Below the pieces are notes generated by a model, which was given only the letters and a program-made list of their open reading frames with translations, searched no databases and was not told the DNA's origin. From Candidatus Thorarchaeota archaeon (GTDB taxonomy: Archaea > Asgardarchaeota > Thorarchaeia > Thorarchaeales > Thorarchaeaceae): 64,000 nucleotides of DNA. The position numbers and the translations under genes were made by a program. Below, piece by piece: positions 10,137 to 19,997 of the stretch (the first letter of the stretch is position 1; each line of letters begins with the position of its first letter). Location of the stretch: contig JBHLQM010000003.1 in NCBI GenBank assembly GCA_048884785.1, positions 70,813 through 134,812 on the forward strand, in the 5' to 3' direction.

Positions 10137-10910
10137 CTATGCAAACATCCTCTCGTATCCTTTTCGCGAAGCTTGCCCTCTTCTCATTCCTTCTACAGTT
10201 TCTGCAACTTCTCCCATCTGCTCACGTATTTTATCGCCACTCTCTTGGAGTTCAGTCACTTCAACACCAACATTGTAAAGTCTATTCAGGGCCTGGAGAA
10301 GCTTTACTGCACCTTCTGGGTCTGGAATCATAATGATTGCTGGAGTCAGTAATGCAAAGCCAACCATCGAACGGCAGAGAGTTTCTGACAAGATTGAGCC
10401 TGCGATTCCAGTTATTATTCCCTTCTGGAGAATCTCCATTTCGGAATCCGCCTCTAGGTCCTTGATTTTTTCTTCTTCGGATGCGTAAAGCACCTTTCTA
10501 CTCAAAGGAAGACCTTGAACCGGTATCCCATCGAGTACAACGGTTTCTTTAACTCCAAGCTGGGCTGCCCAGTCAAGAAGAATTGAACTAACTTGGTACA
10601 TTCCTTCTTCTGCAACAGGCAGCTCTGTTGTGACAACAAGAAGGTTCTTCTCCTCGCTCGCATAAATCCTAAAGGGATGCCTCAATCTTCCATCGATGAA
10701 GACTGATGCTGAGGGCATATACTTGGATCTCACGTGCGCAATTTCCTTCATCTTGAATTGCTCAATTATTGTATTTGCAGCAATTGTTCCAACAACACCG
10801 GCAGATGGAAACCCACAGACCAATAGCGGCTGTTCTAAATCAACATCTACTGTCTGTACAACCTGCGCATCCGGAGCTCCCAGAATTTTCGCTTCGCACT
10901 CCTTACTCAT
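10137..10910 (-). CDS. PAC2-family proteasome assembly chaperone-like protein
   Basis: 257 aa. LLVCGFPSAGVVGTIAANTIIEQF...HPFRIY... resembles the archaeal PAC2/COG1938 family. Confidence 0.6.
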   Translation of the reverse strand: MSKECEAKILGAPDAQVVQTVDVDLEQPLLVCGFPSAGVVGTIAANTIIEQFKMKEIAHVRSKYMPSASVFIDGRLRHPFRIYASEEKNLLVVTTELPVAEEGMYQVSSILLDWAAQLGVKETVVLDGIPVQGLPLSRKVLYASEEEKIKDLEADSEMEILQKGIITGIAGSILSETLCRSMVGFALLTPAIIMIPDPEGAVKLLQALNRLYNVGVEVTELQESGDKIREQMGEVAETVEGMRRGQASRKGYERMFA

Positions 10911-11065
10911 CAGAAAATGACCTCCATTATCTATGGTAATATGCTACATTATTAAGTTTGGGCAATCGAGGATTTATCATGGGAATGAATTGAAAAGGAT
11001 GGCATAGGATTCCTTTTTGGAATGAGTAGTGAATCAATGAATAGCCATCATAGGAGATAACTGCC

Positions 11066-12232
11066 ATGCGTTACCGGACTCGAGATATACGTCCACCTCC
11101 GATAGTCAAACTTGCAGAGGTTGCGAAAAAATACATTGGCTCGTCAAACTTCTTAGATCTTGGACAGGGTGTATCTGGCCATATACCGCCGAACAGTGTT
11201 CTGTCTGCTTTGGGTGAACGAATTTATCATCCTGCGACGCACAGATATACTCCTAATCAGGGGCATCTCGAACTTCGAGAAGAGCTTGCTCTCTATCTTC
11301 GTCAGTCCTCAGGAATTGACATTGACCCAGAAGGAGAATTAACAATTACTGCCGGAGGTAACCAAGCTTTTGCAAGTACAATCCTTACACTTGTGGAACC
11401 CGGTGATGAAGTGATCATGCCCTCTCCATACTACTTCAATTCAGTTATGGCCGTTCAACTTGCTGGAGGAATAGTAAAAGAAGTCCCTGTCAATCATGAG
11501 TTTCAGCCAACTCCACACGCAATCGAGGAAGCAATCACTGACAGAACAAAATGCGTCCTTCTTGTTTCGCCTAACAACCCCACAGGTGCAGTATACGATC
11601 AAAGGACTGTAGATCATATTGTAGACATCTGTTTGCAGAATGATATTATTCTCATATCGGATGAAGCATATGCCCGGCTTGTATTTGATGATCATACTCA
11701 CTATAGCCCTCGAAAAAGACGAGATGCTTCTGAAAATGTCATAGTCCTAGGTAGTTTCTCAAAGGATTTTGGAATAAGCGGCTGGAGAATTGGGTATACC
11801 ATTGGTTCACATGAGTTCATGGAGGAATTCCTCAAGGTTCAGGATACAATCTCTATCTGCGCTCCTACCGGTGGACAGATTTTGGCCCTAGAAGCCCTGA
11901 AATCTGATTTGACTTGGGTAGAAGACGAGATCAATCGTTTGAGTCACCTACGTGAATTTGCATACCTTAGAATACGCGAAATCGATGCCCTCGAAACAGT
12001 CGAAACAAAGGGCACTTTCTATCTCTTTCCAAAAGTGAAGGGGTGCAGAGATTCTCGGGCGTTGGTCCTCGATATTCTGCAATCTACTGAAACCCTCGTA
12101 CTTCCTGGGAGTGTTTTTGGAGAGGCCGGGGAAGGACATGTTAGAATCTCAATTGGTCCTTTGACACCCGATGCAGTGAATACTGCCTTTGACAGGCTAG
12201 CCAACTTCTTTGCTAGCTACAGTTCCGAATAA
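11066..12232 (+). CDS. class I/II pyridoxal-phosphate aminotransferase
   Basis: 388 aa with SPNNPTG, the PLP-lysine context SFSKDFGISGWRIGY, and a C-terminal VRIS. Confidence 0.85.
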   Translation: MRYRTRDIRPPPIVKLAEVAKKYIGSSNFLDLGQGVSGHIPPNSVLSALGERIYHPATHRYTPNQGHLELREELALYLRQSSGIDIDPEGELTITAGGNQAFASTILTLVEPGDEVIMPSPYYFNSVMAVQLAGGIVKEVPVNHEFQPTPHAIEEAITDRTKCVLLVSPNNPTGAVYDQRTVDHIVDICLQNDIILISDEAYARLVFDDHTHYSPRKRRDASENVIVLGSFSKDFGISGWRIGYTIGSHEFMEEFLKVQDTISICAPTGGQILALEALKSDLTWVEDEINRLSHLREFAYLRIREIDALETVETKGTFYLFPKVKGCRDSRALVLDILQSTETLVLPGSVFGEAGEGHVRISIGPLTPDAVNTAFDRLANFFASYSSE

Positions 12233-13521
12233 GCTTCCCACTCCCACTCAGTAACAATCTCATTGAGATAGTGGTTCCATTCCCTGCGTTTGATGGTAAT
12301 GAACCTAGCAACTATCTCCTTGCCAATTCCGTTCTTTATCACATCATCCGCATCAAGAGAGTCCAAAGCTTCCCCAAGACTAGCTGGGAGAGCTACAATT
12401 CCAATACTCTTTTTTTCTTCTTCTGTCATGGTGAAAATGTCTTTGCTTGTTGGATCAATAGGAACTAGATTTTTGGCAACACCGTCCATTCCTGCAACAA
12501 GTATTGCAGAGAATAGTAGATATGGATTCGTCATCGGATCTGGGGACCGCAATTCTATAGCTGCCTTTTCGCTGGTTTCAAAGAGCGGAATACGGACAAG
12601 TGCTGTACGATTCATCATTCCCCAAGAGATGTAAACGGGTGCCTCGTGATGAGGTACTAGTCGCTTATAGGAATTCACTGTAGGATTGGCAATAGCTGTG
12701 ATTGCAGGGGCATGAACCAAGAGCCCTGCAATGAAGCTTCTTGCAAGATCTGAAAGGTCATTTGTGAAATCATCCCCAAAGAGATTCTTTTCGCCTTTCC
12801 ACAATTGGAGATGACAGTGAAGCCCACTTCCAGCAGCATTCTCAAAGGGTTTGGGCATGAAGTTAACTGTAATTCCTGAATCCTCTGCAATAGCTCTTGC
12901 AATATTCTTGAATGCGATGAGGTTGTCCGCCATCGTCCGTATATCATCATAGTCAATTTCTATCTCTTGCTGGGATTCCCCACCCTCATGATGAGCAACT
13001 CGGGGGACCATACCCACTCCCTGAATGGAACTTGCTATTTCAAGAAGAACATCCATTGCGGGACTAGCAGGATAGGTATCGGCGTAGGCACTAGTATCGA
13101 ATTTTTCGCCTTCTGGCGTTACAAAGTGGAATTCAGGTTCAATTTTGATTCTCAGCGATGTGTCATCTTTCAGCAAGCTTTCGCATATTCGATGAAGAAC
13201 CCCCCGTGAATCCGTAGGGTAGTATTCCTTGGTTCCCTTGGACCCTTTTTCACGAATAAAGCACATCACTGCCGCAGTTCTACGCAAAGAATATGGAAGC
13301 TCTACCAAGGATGCTGAATCGGGACTCATGCGAAGATCAGATGCCTCAACTCGAGAAAGGCCCACGATTGAACTGCCATCAATACTAGTTCCATTCTCTA
13401 GAATAGGATCCTCGCCAACTTCTGCAATGGAATCTGCCGGTTTACATGGCACAACCATTGCTTTAAGCCGACCTAGAATATCAACAGTACGAAGCTCAAT
13501 ATACTCAATTTTATCAGACAT
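12217..13521 (-). CDS. glnA: glutamine synthetase family protein
   Basis: 434 aa with NFMPKPF...GSGLHCHLQLW, SYKRLVP and AIELRSPD motifs. Its 3' end overlaps the aminotransferase 3' end by 16 nt. Confidence 0.8.
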   Translation of the reverse strand: MSDKIEYIELRTVDILGRLKAMVVPCKPADSIAEVGEDPILENGTSIDGSSIVGLSRVEASDLRMSPDSASLVELPYSLRRTAAVMCFIREKGSKGTKEYYPTDSRGVLHRICESLLKDDTSLRIKIEPEFHFVTPEGEKFDTSAYADTYPASPAMDVLLEIASSIQGVGMVPRVAHHEGGESQQEIEIDYDDIRTMADNLIAFKNIARAIAEDSGITVNFMPKPFENAAGSGLHCHLQLWKGEKNLFGDDFTNDLSDLARSFIAGLLVHAPAITAIANPTVNSYKRLVPHHEAPVYISWGMMNRTALVRIPLFETSEKAAIELRSPDPMTNPYLLFSAILVAGMDGVAKNLVPIDPTSKDIFTMTEEEKKSIGIVALPASLGEALDSLDADDVIKNGIGKEIVARFITIKRREWNHYLNEIVTEWEWEAYSEL

Positions 13522-13583
13522 CTAGTCAAGCCCCTGCCCGTGGGCATGCTGAAATCGCATAGCAGCTACTAAAAAACCTGTTC

Positions 13584-13907
13584 TTAGCCCCATAGTTCCT
13601 TATACCATGCTTCTGCATCATCCCTGAGTTCAAGTCTAATTGAACCCGTTGCAACACTAACCTCTTCCCCCTCCTTTATCTCAAAATTCAATGCGGATAT
13701 GCGTATACCATTTTTCTCAAGGTGTACATTTCCAATATTTCGTGCATGAAGTCTAGCTATCCTCTTCCCTCCATCAATCACAAGCATAAGATCCTCATAG
13801 GTAACATTAGATTTCATTTTGAACCTCTGATCCCTGAATTCGCCCATATGAATCTCAAGGTTTTCGAATTCAGCCTTGACTTCTTCTGCTTTCATTTTCC
13901 TCAGCAA
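13584..13907 (-). CDS. hypothetical protein
   Basis: 107-aa ORF filling the gap between glnA and the DUF72 gene. No motif recognised. Confidence 0.4.
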   Translation of the reverse strand: MLRKMKAEEVKAEFENLEIHMGEFRDQRFKMKSNVTYEDLMLVIDGGKRIARLHARNIGNVHLEKNGIRISALNFEIKEGEEVSVATGSIRLELRDDAEAWYKELWG

Positions 13908-13991
13908 TAGGTTGGAGCCGCTCCCTTTTGAATCTCATCATTAAAACAATCTAAAAACGCAAGATAGAAACATACTTGCTTCTCATACAGA

Positions 13992-14816
13992 ATGAGTTCA
14001 ATGCAACCAGGACTACATATAGGGACTAGTGGGTGGTCCTACAAGGAAGACTGGAAGGGAATTTTCTATCACCCTCACTCACCAATGCTTCAACAATACT
14101 TTTCATATTTTGATACAGCTGAGATTAATTCCTCCTTTTACTCACTGCCACGTCCTAGTGTTGTAGAACGACTTCGAACTGGTCTCCCAGAGAGCAAGTT
14201 CTTCACAGCCAAACTTCCAAAGGATGTAACCCACAACTGCAAACTCCACCTTAATGGAGAAGGCGGGGCTGTATTGGAGAAATTCTTTGAACTAATGCAT
14301 ATCTTAGAACCACGTCTAGAAGCTTTGCTAATTCAACTGCCTCCTTTTGATATTAGCACAATGGGTGATCTCGAAACTTTCCTAGCCTCGCTTGATACCT
14401 CTTTCAGGTACGCAATCGAATTTCGCCATGAAAGTTGGTTGTCTTCTAACACTTGGAATATGCTTGAGAAGTATCAAATTGCACACTGTGTTGTAGATGA
14501 ACCTAAACTGCAAATTGACACACGCGTGACTACTGATTTTTCATATATCCGATGGCATGGGCATGGGGAGGATATATGGTACAAATATCGGTATTCTCTT
14601 GAAGAGCTGGAAAAATGGAGGCCCTTGCTTTCCGAGATACATGGTCAGACTGATACTATTCTAGGGTATTTCAACAACCATTTCTTTGGTTATGCACCCT
14701 TCAATGCACTTCAGATGCTTCAGCTATTGGAGAAAAGTAATCCATTGCAAGATGAGAAACTTGAGAAAATGAAAAAAGCTTTCTCTCAGCGGCAAACCAC
14801 CTTGGATTTTTTCTAG
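13992..14816 (+). CDS. DUF72 (UPF0759) family protein
   Basis: 274 aa. IGTSGWSYKEDWKGIFY...FDTAEINSSFY...KDVTH matches the DUF72 pattern. Confidence 0.8.
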   Translation: MSSMQPGLHIGTSGWSYKEDWKGIFYHPHSPMLQQYFSYFDTAEINSSFYSLPRPSVVERLRTGLPESKFFTAKLPKDVTHNCKLHLNGEGGAVLEKFFELMHILEPRLEALLIQLPPFDISTMGDLETFLASLDTSFRYAIEFRHESWLSSNTWNMLEKYQIAHCVVDEPKLQIDTRVTTDFSYIRWHGHGEDIWYKYRYSLEELEKWRPLLSEIHGQTDTILGYFNNHFFGYAPFNALQMLQLLEKSNPLQDEKLEKMKKAFSQRQTTLDFF

Positions 14817-15109
14817 CAGAACCCTTATTGCTACTCCCTTCCAATCTTTTCCTGATATGCTCACAGTCGCATTCACATCGGAAATTCTGTATGTACTGCT
14901 TGCCTTGGTGGCATATTGGCTGGATAAGAAGAAACGCTTTGCTCTTTGAATGCTTAAACAGCTGTGTGCATGGGAACGGTAGTAACAAATTGTGTCCTCA
15001 AGTTGTGCCCCTATTTTATATACGTATATGAAGAGATTTCAATAGGTTGATACCTTGAGTTGTCACGGGATTATATGCCGTTGACTCTTTATGTTGAAAG
15101 AGGTTTAGA

Positions 15110-16189
15110 ATGATGAAACCAATAGATGATGATGATGCTACTAATAGGGATGACTCCGATGTAGCAGATGACTCACTTGATGCAGAAACACCGACTATGA
15201 GACGACGTTCATCACACAGGCGAAGGTCAAAGGGAAAGGAATATGCTTCAACAATCAGTTTTGTAGCTTGGATAGCTTTCACAATAATTTGGCTGTTCTT
15301 CTTTGCAAGTACGTATTCTATCTTTGAGAATATAGCTATTGTATTCATTGCTTTATTGATCATTGGTGCGTTGAATGCGGTTCTTTGGATACCCTCGGTT
15401 GAAGGAAAACGTCCCAAGGCGAGTGCTGTCAGTGGAGTCGCATGGATCATATTTCTGATCGTATGGATTATTTTCTTTGCAGCAAGCTTTGGATTCTATG
15501 AGAACATAGGGATCGCTGTTGCTTCGTTACTGTTCATTGGATTCCTGAATATGATGCTCTGGATGCCAACAGAAGGAGATTCTGGAGGAGGAAGAATTAG
15601 CGGAGGCGCAGCGGTATTATGGATGATATTTGCTGTGCTCTGGCTTCCATTTGCTAACGACTTTTCTGAAACTATTTACAGTATAACCTTCTATCAGTCT
15701 GCTTCAATCTTCCTCGCATCACTCCTATTGATGTTAATTGTGGCAGTCGCACCATGGTGGGGTGAGATGTCAATTACAATTGATAGAGAAATAGCGGCTG
15801 GAAGGAAACCAAAGGCAACTGTCGGAATGCTATATCTTTGGATTCTTACGCTAGTTGTTTGGATGTGGTTCTTTGCGGATCTGTATACAGGATACCAGAA
15901 TGTTTCAGCAGTTCTCATTTCATTCGCCATATTTTGCGGTATTGTAGGCGGAATGTGGTATTCGTGGGCACGAAAACGAGACGAAGGGCCTGAGAGCTGG
16001 TTCTCTATAGGTCTTGCGTTCGCTTGGGTAATAACAATTGCACTATGGTTCTGGTTCTTTGCAGACTATTTCGATGTCTATCAAAACGTTGCAGTATTCT
16101 TAGTATCACTATTAGGAGTCGCAGGTATAGGCGGCGCCGCGCAATGGCAAAAGTGGCGAGACTTCGAATCTATGGATTGGAAGGACTGA
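15110..16189 (+). CDS. polytopic membrane protein built from five tandem two-helix repeats
   Basis: 359 aa with an acidic-then-basic N-terminus. Five units follow of the type W(I/V).F..(I/V)W..FFA..F..(Y/F)(E/Q)N(I/V)...L.....G......W. Confidence 0.7.
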   Translation: MMKPIDDDDATNRDDSDVADDSLDAETPTMRRRSSHRRRSKGKEYASTISFVAWIAFTIIWLFFFASTYSIFENIAIVFIALLIIGALNAVLWIPSVEGKRPKASAVSGVAWIIFLIVWIIFFAASFGFYENIGIAVASLLFIGFLNMMLWMPTEGDSGGGRISGGAAVLWMIFAVLWLPFANDFSETIYSITFYQSASIFLASLLLMLIVAVAPWWGEMSITIDREIAAGRKPKATVGMLYLWILTLVVWMWFFADLYTGYQNVSAVLISFAIFCGIVGGMWYSWARKRDEGPESWFSIGLAFAWVITIALWFWFFADYFDVYQNVAVFLVSLLGVAGIGGAAQWQKWRDFESMDWKD

Positions 16190-16197
16190 AGACCACA

Positions 16198-16233
16198 AAA
16201 GGTAGGAGGTTTCCTACCTTTCTCTCCTTTTTT
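16198..16233 (+). terminator. hairpin plus T-tract downstream of the repeat membrane protein gene
   Basis: A perfect 10-bp stem, AAAGGTAGGA (16198-16207) / TCCTACCTTT (16212-16221), with loop GGTT. A T6 run follows at 16228-16233, and the hairpin starts 9 nt after the stop codon. Confidence 0.5.
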
Positions 16234-16313
16234 ACCTAACACATGAAGACGTGTACATCTCGAAAGCCATATAAGCAGACCCACAGGTCGAAGCCAAGCC
16301 AGGTGGCTATAGT

Positions 16314-16778
16314 ATGAGCTTCGATATTAGAGCAGAGCCCTTTGTAAAATCCCCAGATGGTGCAAAGCCACGTAAGGGGCGCGGATTCACAAAAGAAGAA
16401 CTCAAGGCAGTTGAAATCACAGTGAGTGATGCGCGAAATATGGGCCTTATTGTTGATACAAGACGGAGAACAGTCCATGAAGAGAATGTTGAGATTCTCA
16501 AGAGATATCTTAAGGAAATGGAGGAGTTAGTCGAGGCTATTCTCGCAGAGGAAAAGGCGGCACCCAAGGCACCCAAGGCACCTGAGGCATCTGATGCCAT
16601 AGCTACCCTATCTAGTTTGAAGGCAGTGACAAAATCGGAAGCAGAAACTCTTGTTGCAGCAGGGATTAAGACCTTTGAAGACCTTGCATATTGTGAGATT
16701 CAAAAGGTAGCAAACAAGACCGGTATCTCAGACGATAGGCTTACCGAAATGGTCACGGCAGCTCTGAAAAAGGTTTAA
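16314..16778 (+). CDS. rpl13e: ribosomal protein eL13 with a C-terminal helix-hairpin-helix-like extension
   Basis: The N-terminal ~75 aa, KSPDGAKPRKGRGFTKEELKAVEITVSDARNMGLIVDTRRR, matches the L13e core. The C-terminal ~60 aa, AETLVAAGIKTFEDLAYCEIQKVANKTGISDDRL, looks HhH-like. Confidence 0.7.
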   Translation: MSFDIRAEPFVKSPDGAKPRKGRGFTKEELKAVEITVSDARNMGLIVDTRRRTVHEENVEILKRYLKEMEELVEAILAEEKAAPKAPKAPEASDAIATLSSLKAVTKSEAETLVAAGIKTFEDLAYCEIQKVANKTGISDDRLTEMVTAALKKV

Positions 16779-16812
16779 TCGTGCCAATTGGTCCTAACCT
16801 GGGGCTGATATA

Positions 16813-17913
16813 TTGGACTATGAGAAAATTCTTGAGATGCTTAGGAATCCTCCTAGTTTAGAGCCAATTGTTATTCTACCGGATTTCTTCGTCGACCATT
16901 TTCTCATAACTGGCAAACTTGACGATTTCATTGAGAATCTCCGACATCTTGCCAATCAAGGTGGAGGGAATCTGCTAGGAACACATCAATTCATACGCCG
17001 AGGAGGAAACTCAGCAAATACCGCATCGGCATTGTATTCACTGGGATTAACTCCCAAGCTTATTGTAACAACAGATGAGTATGGGAAACGACTGCTTGAG
17101 TCCCTGACTAGTGATAGACTTGATTTGAAGAATGTTCACACTGACGGATCTCTCTCCTCAACTGTATCCATTGAGGTTGAGCATGAAGGTCGTAGAGTGA
17201 ACCTCATGGTCAGTGATAGTGGTTCAGCGGCATCATTTGGTTTCAATAATCTCAATGAGTCTGATCTGAACGAGATTTCATCCGCAGGATTGGTAGCGCT
17301 TTTTAATCTTAATCACAATACACATGCAGTCGAATTGACCAAAGACCTGTTTTCCTATGTCAGGAATTCTGGGGAAGCAATCACCTACTTGGACGCAGGG
17401 GATCCCTCGGGGCGTCCCGCGATACTACGTCCGCTCGTTCACAATGTCTTTTCAGAAGGGCTTGTTGATATATTAGGAATGAATGAGAACGAGGCAGCTT
17501 GGTTTGCTTGGGCTGTGAGCGGCGGAGATGACAAGTGGAAAGCATCAGTTAGCGAGCCTGATAAATGGATGTCAGCGGCGCGGTATGTTTCGCTAGAAAC
17601 AGGTGTTCAAATCAACCTGCATACACCATTCTTTAGCGCTGTAGTTAATGATGACTCAATAATAGCTACTCCGTCTTTTTCTGTTGAACCCAGAATTATG
17701 TGCGGGGCAGGTGATGCATGGAATGCTGGTAACATCTATGGGCTGGTGTCAAAGCTAGAGTCTAAAGATCGTCTCATATTGGCAAATGCCTTGGCGGCTC
17801 TCTATGTCTCAATGGGAACGGCTGAGCATCCTACACGAACTGAGATTATATCATTTCTTGAAAATAAGCCCATTTTGAGTAGACAGGGCAAAAAGTTACT
17901 TAAGCTTACGTAA
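16813..17913 (+). CDS. PfkB-family carbohydrate kinase
   Basis: 366 aa with a ribokinase-like layout and the C-terminal signature GAGDAWNAG. TTG start. Confidence 0.65.
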   Translation: MDYEKILEMLRNPPSLEPIVILPDFFVDHFLITGKLDDFIENLRHLANQGGGNLLGTHQFIRRGGNSANTASALYSLGLTPKLIVTTDEYGKRLLESLTSDRLDLKNVHTDGSLSSTVSIEVEHEGRRVNLMVSDSGSAASFGFNNLNESDLNEISSAGLVALFNLNHNTHAVELTKDLFSYVRNSGEAITYLDAGDPSGRPAILRPLVHNVFSEGLVDILGMNENEAAWFAWAVSGGDDKWKASVSEPDKWMSAARYVSLETGVQINLHTPFFSAVVNDDSIIATPSFSVEPRIMCGAGDAWNAGNIYGLVSKLESKDRLILANALAALYVSMGTAEHPTRTEIISFLENKPILSRQGKKLLKLT

Positions 17914-17960
17914 CTACTCAAACAAAGGTATCCGATGCTCTGGAGATGTGTTTACACGGA

Positions 17961-18887
17961 ATGGAATTAGAGCGTGTGCTAACAAAGCTCAGATATGATG
18001 AATCTGTTAGCGGCTATGCTCTCTTCACAAATGATGGTAGTCCGTTCCTTTCGTTCTCTCTCCCCGATGAGATTTTTCCTTTGATTCAGGGTACAATGAG
18101 AATACATTCAGATTCTCTCAAGATGATGAATGTTATGACAGGCGAGGGAATAGTTGTTCTAGCAAGAGTTGATTCCAATTGGGTGCTAGGAGTCCTATTT
18201 CTGGTCACTGAATCACTAGGAAGCGCACTCCAAAAGACGAGAAATGTGGTTGATTTGATGGAGTCCGTAGCACTCCCACCACCTCCTTCTCGCCCAGCGG
18301 AAGAAATACCATCCAAACCTGCTCCCGAACCTGTACAAACTGATACAAAACCTGCTTTGGTTGATACCCTGCTTGTTGATGAAACTGTCCCTATACCAAT
18401 AGACGAAATTCTGGTAAGGCATGGCTGCACAGTGTTCAAAGGTCCATTGTATGCAGATGCCATGAAACTAGAGTCTCCGCTCAATAAAAAATTGAGAAAG
18501 AAGTGTGGAAATCTTGGCGTAGATCTTTGCCTCATGATTGACGACAAACGAACCGTCTTTAAAATGGCAGAGAAGTTGGGACGCGGCGTTGAGCAAGCAA
18601 TTGAAGTCGTGACATGGTGTGTATCGAATCACATCATGCGGGTTGAATGCCCTGAAGAGCAGGCATTGGGAACCAAGGAGATCATCGAGCTCCCTCTATT
18701 TGAGGGGGATTTGAAGAAAGCACGGAAGGAGCACCGAGCCATTTTAGAACTCTGTGATGGAAACAGAACTCTCCAAGAAATAGCAGAAATACTCGGAATT
18801 CAATACTTCCAAGCATTGCAGAGCGTTGTGCCCTATCGTGGCAAATCTGTGCAATTCATTCGGAAGTCAAAAGAAATTCACGAGTGA
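17961..18887 (+). CDS. Roadblock/LC7-like domain protein with Pro-rich linker and two winged-helix-like segments (copy 1)
   Basis: The N-terminal ~100 aa show a helix-strand-strand-helix-strand-strand-helix pattern (ELERVLTKLR / SGYALFTNDG / PFLSFS / ... / GIVVLARVD / WVLGVLFLV / helix). The LPPPPSRPAEE linker and C-terminal HTH-like RAILELCDGNRTLQEIAEILGI follow. Paralog of 20750-21721. Confidence 0.6.
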   Translation: MELERVLTKLRYDESVSGYALFTNDGSPFLSFSLPDEIFPLIQGTMRIHSDSLKMMNVMTGEGIVVLARVDSNWVLGVLFLVTESLGSALQKTRNVVDLMESVALPPPPSRPAEEIPSKPAPEPVQTDTKPALVDTLLVDETVPIPIDEILVRHGCTVFKGPLYADAMKLESPLNKKLRKKCGNLGVDLCLMIDDKRTVFKMAEKLGRGVEQAIEVVTWCVSNHIMRVECPEEQALGTKEIIELPLFEGDLKKARKEHRAILELCDGNRTLQEIAEILGIQYFQALQSVVPYRGKSVQFIRKSKEIHE

Positions 18888-18902
18888 CGGAGGTAACGCA
18901 TA

Positions 18903-19409
18903 ATGGGAATCAAAGGAATGATAGCATGGAATTTTATGACAGAAAAAATCTCAAAGACTCTCTATCAAGCGACATATCGCGAATTGCAGAATCTCTTGAT
19001 GGCAACTAGTACAAGCGTTGATGAAATCAACAGGAAGATGAAAGACATAGGCTTTCGAGTTGGTGAAACCCTACTCATGGACTATGCTGATAGAATCCGA
19101 GAACACGCAGTCACATTCTCTGAATTCGCCAGCACACTTCAGTTGGCTTACAAAGTGAATTCAGGACAGTTATTCACCAACATTTGGATTAGTCCAGACA
19201 AGAAGACCATAAAATTCACTGACGACAACTGTCCGATCTGTGCAGGTGTTGTCATTACTGATATGCCAGCTCTACAGTATTGCAATATTGTCAGTGGTGT
19301 GTTCGATGCAGTAATGAAGTTGAGAGGGTTCAGTGCCGAATCATATCAAGAGGCTTGCAGAGCCATTGGAGATGATACATGTACCTGGACATTGAATCTT
19401 CGTGAATAG
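18903..19409 (+). CDS. V4R-domain protein (Bet3-related fold), copy 1
   Basis: 168 aa with the C-terminal V4R signature DDNCPICAGV...YCNIVSGVFDAVMKLRG...YQEACRAIGDDTCTWTL. Confidence 0.65.
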   Translation: MGIKGMIAWNFMTEKISKTLYQATYRELQNLLMATSTSVDEINRKMKDIGFRVGETLLMDYADRIREHAVTFSEFASTLQLAYKVNSGQLFTNIWISPDKKTIKFTDDNCPICAGVVITDMPALQYCNIVSGVFDAVMKLRGFSAESYQEACRAIGDDTCTWTLNLRE

Positions 19410-19478
19410 AAGTGACGGTTGTAGGCCATAGGCATAAAAGGTGTCAGGCAAAATATCCAAGATAGAGGAGGACATGAA

Positions 19479-19997
19479 TTGGGACAGGCTCTCGGTATAT
19501 TAGCTGGTCTGCTCACTGGTTTTATCATTGTGTTCTTGATCTTGACCTTTGGTCAGTTCATTCCTGCTGATGTAGTTAGCGTAAGCATTGTTAATGATTT
19601 TCTCTCTCGAACTGACTTGGAACTGAAACTGACGGTTGTCGCAACTGTACTATACCCTTCAAGTGTGACGACTATCAATTTAGGTACATATGTTGGTTAT
19701 GGAGCCCAAGGGAGTACTGTTCTCATGTTTCTTGCTTGGGGGACAGCTGGATTAATTGCAGGGCTTGTTTCCCGTGATTTTGTTCAGGGCATTTTTGCAG
19801 CCATTCTTGCTGTAGTCCTTGGTGCCTTTCTCACATGGCTTTTAGTCTTCTTTATCAGAAGTACAGACCCTCTTGCTTTGTTCAGTGGCGAGTCTATGCT
19901 GATTCTTGAAGTGGTTCTTGGAGGTGCCATCTATCCAGCAATCGCTGCTTTTGTAGGGGGTCTACTCGGAGGCGGCATCAGTAGAGAGCGACGGTGA
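19479..19997 (+). CDS. integral membrane protein
   Basis: 172 aa with 4-5 Gly/Ala/Leu-rich hydrophobic segments. TTG start. Confidence 0.55.
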   Translation: MGQALGILAGLLTGFIIVFLILTFGQFIPADVVSVSIVNDFLSRTDLELKLTVVATVLYPSSVTTINLGTYVGYGAQGSTVLMFLAWGTAGLIAGLVSRDFVQGIFAAILAVVLGAFLTWLLVFFIRSTDPLALFSGESMLILEVVLGGAIYPAIAAFVGGLLGGGISRERR

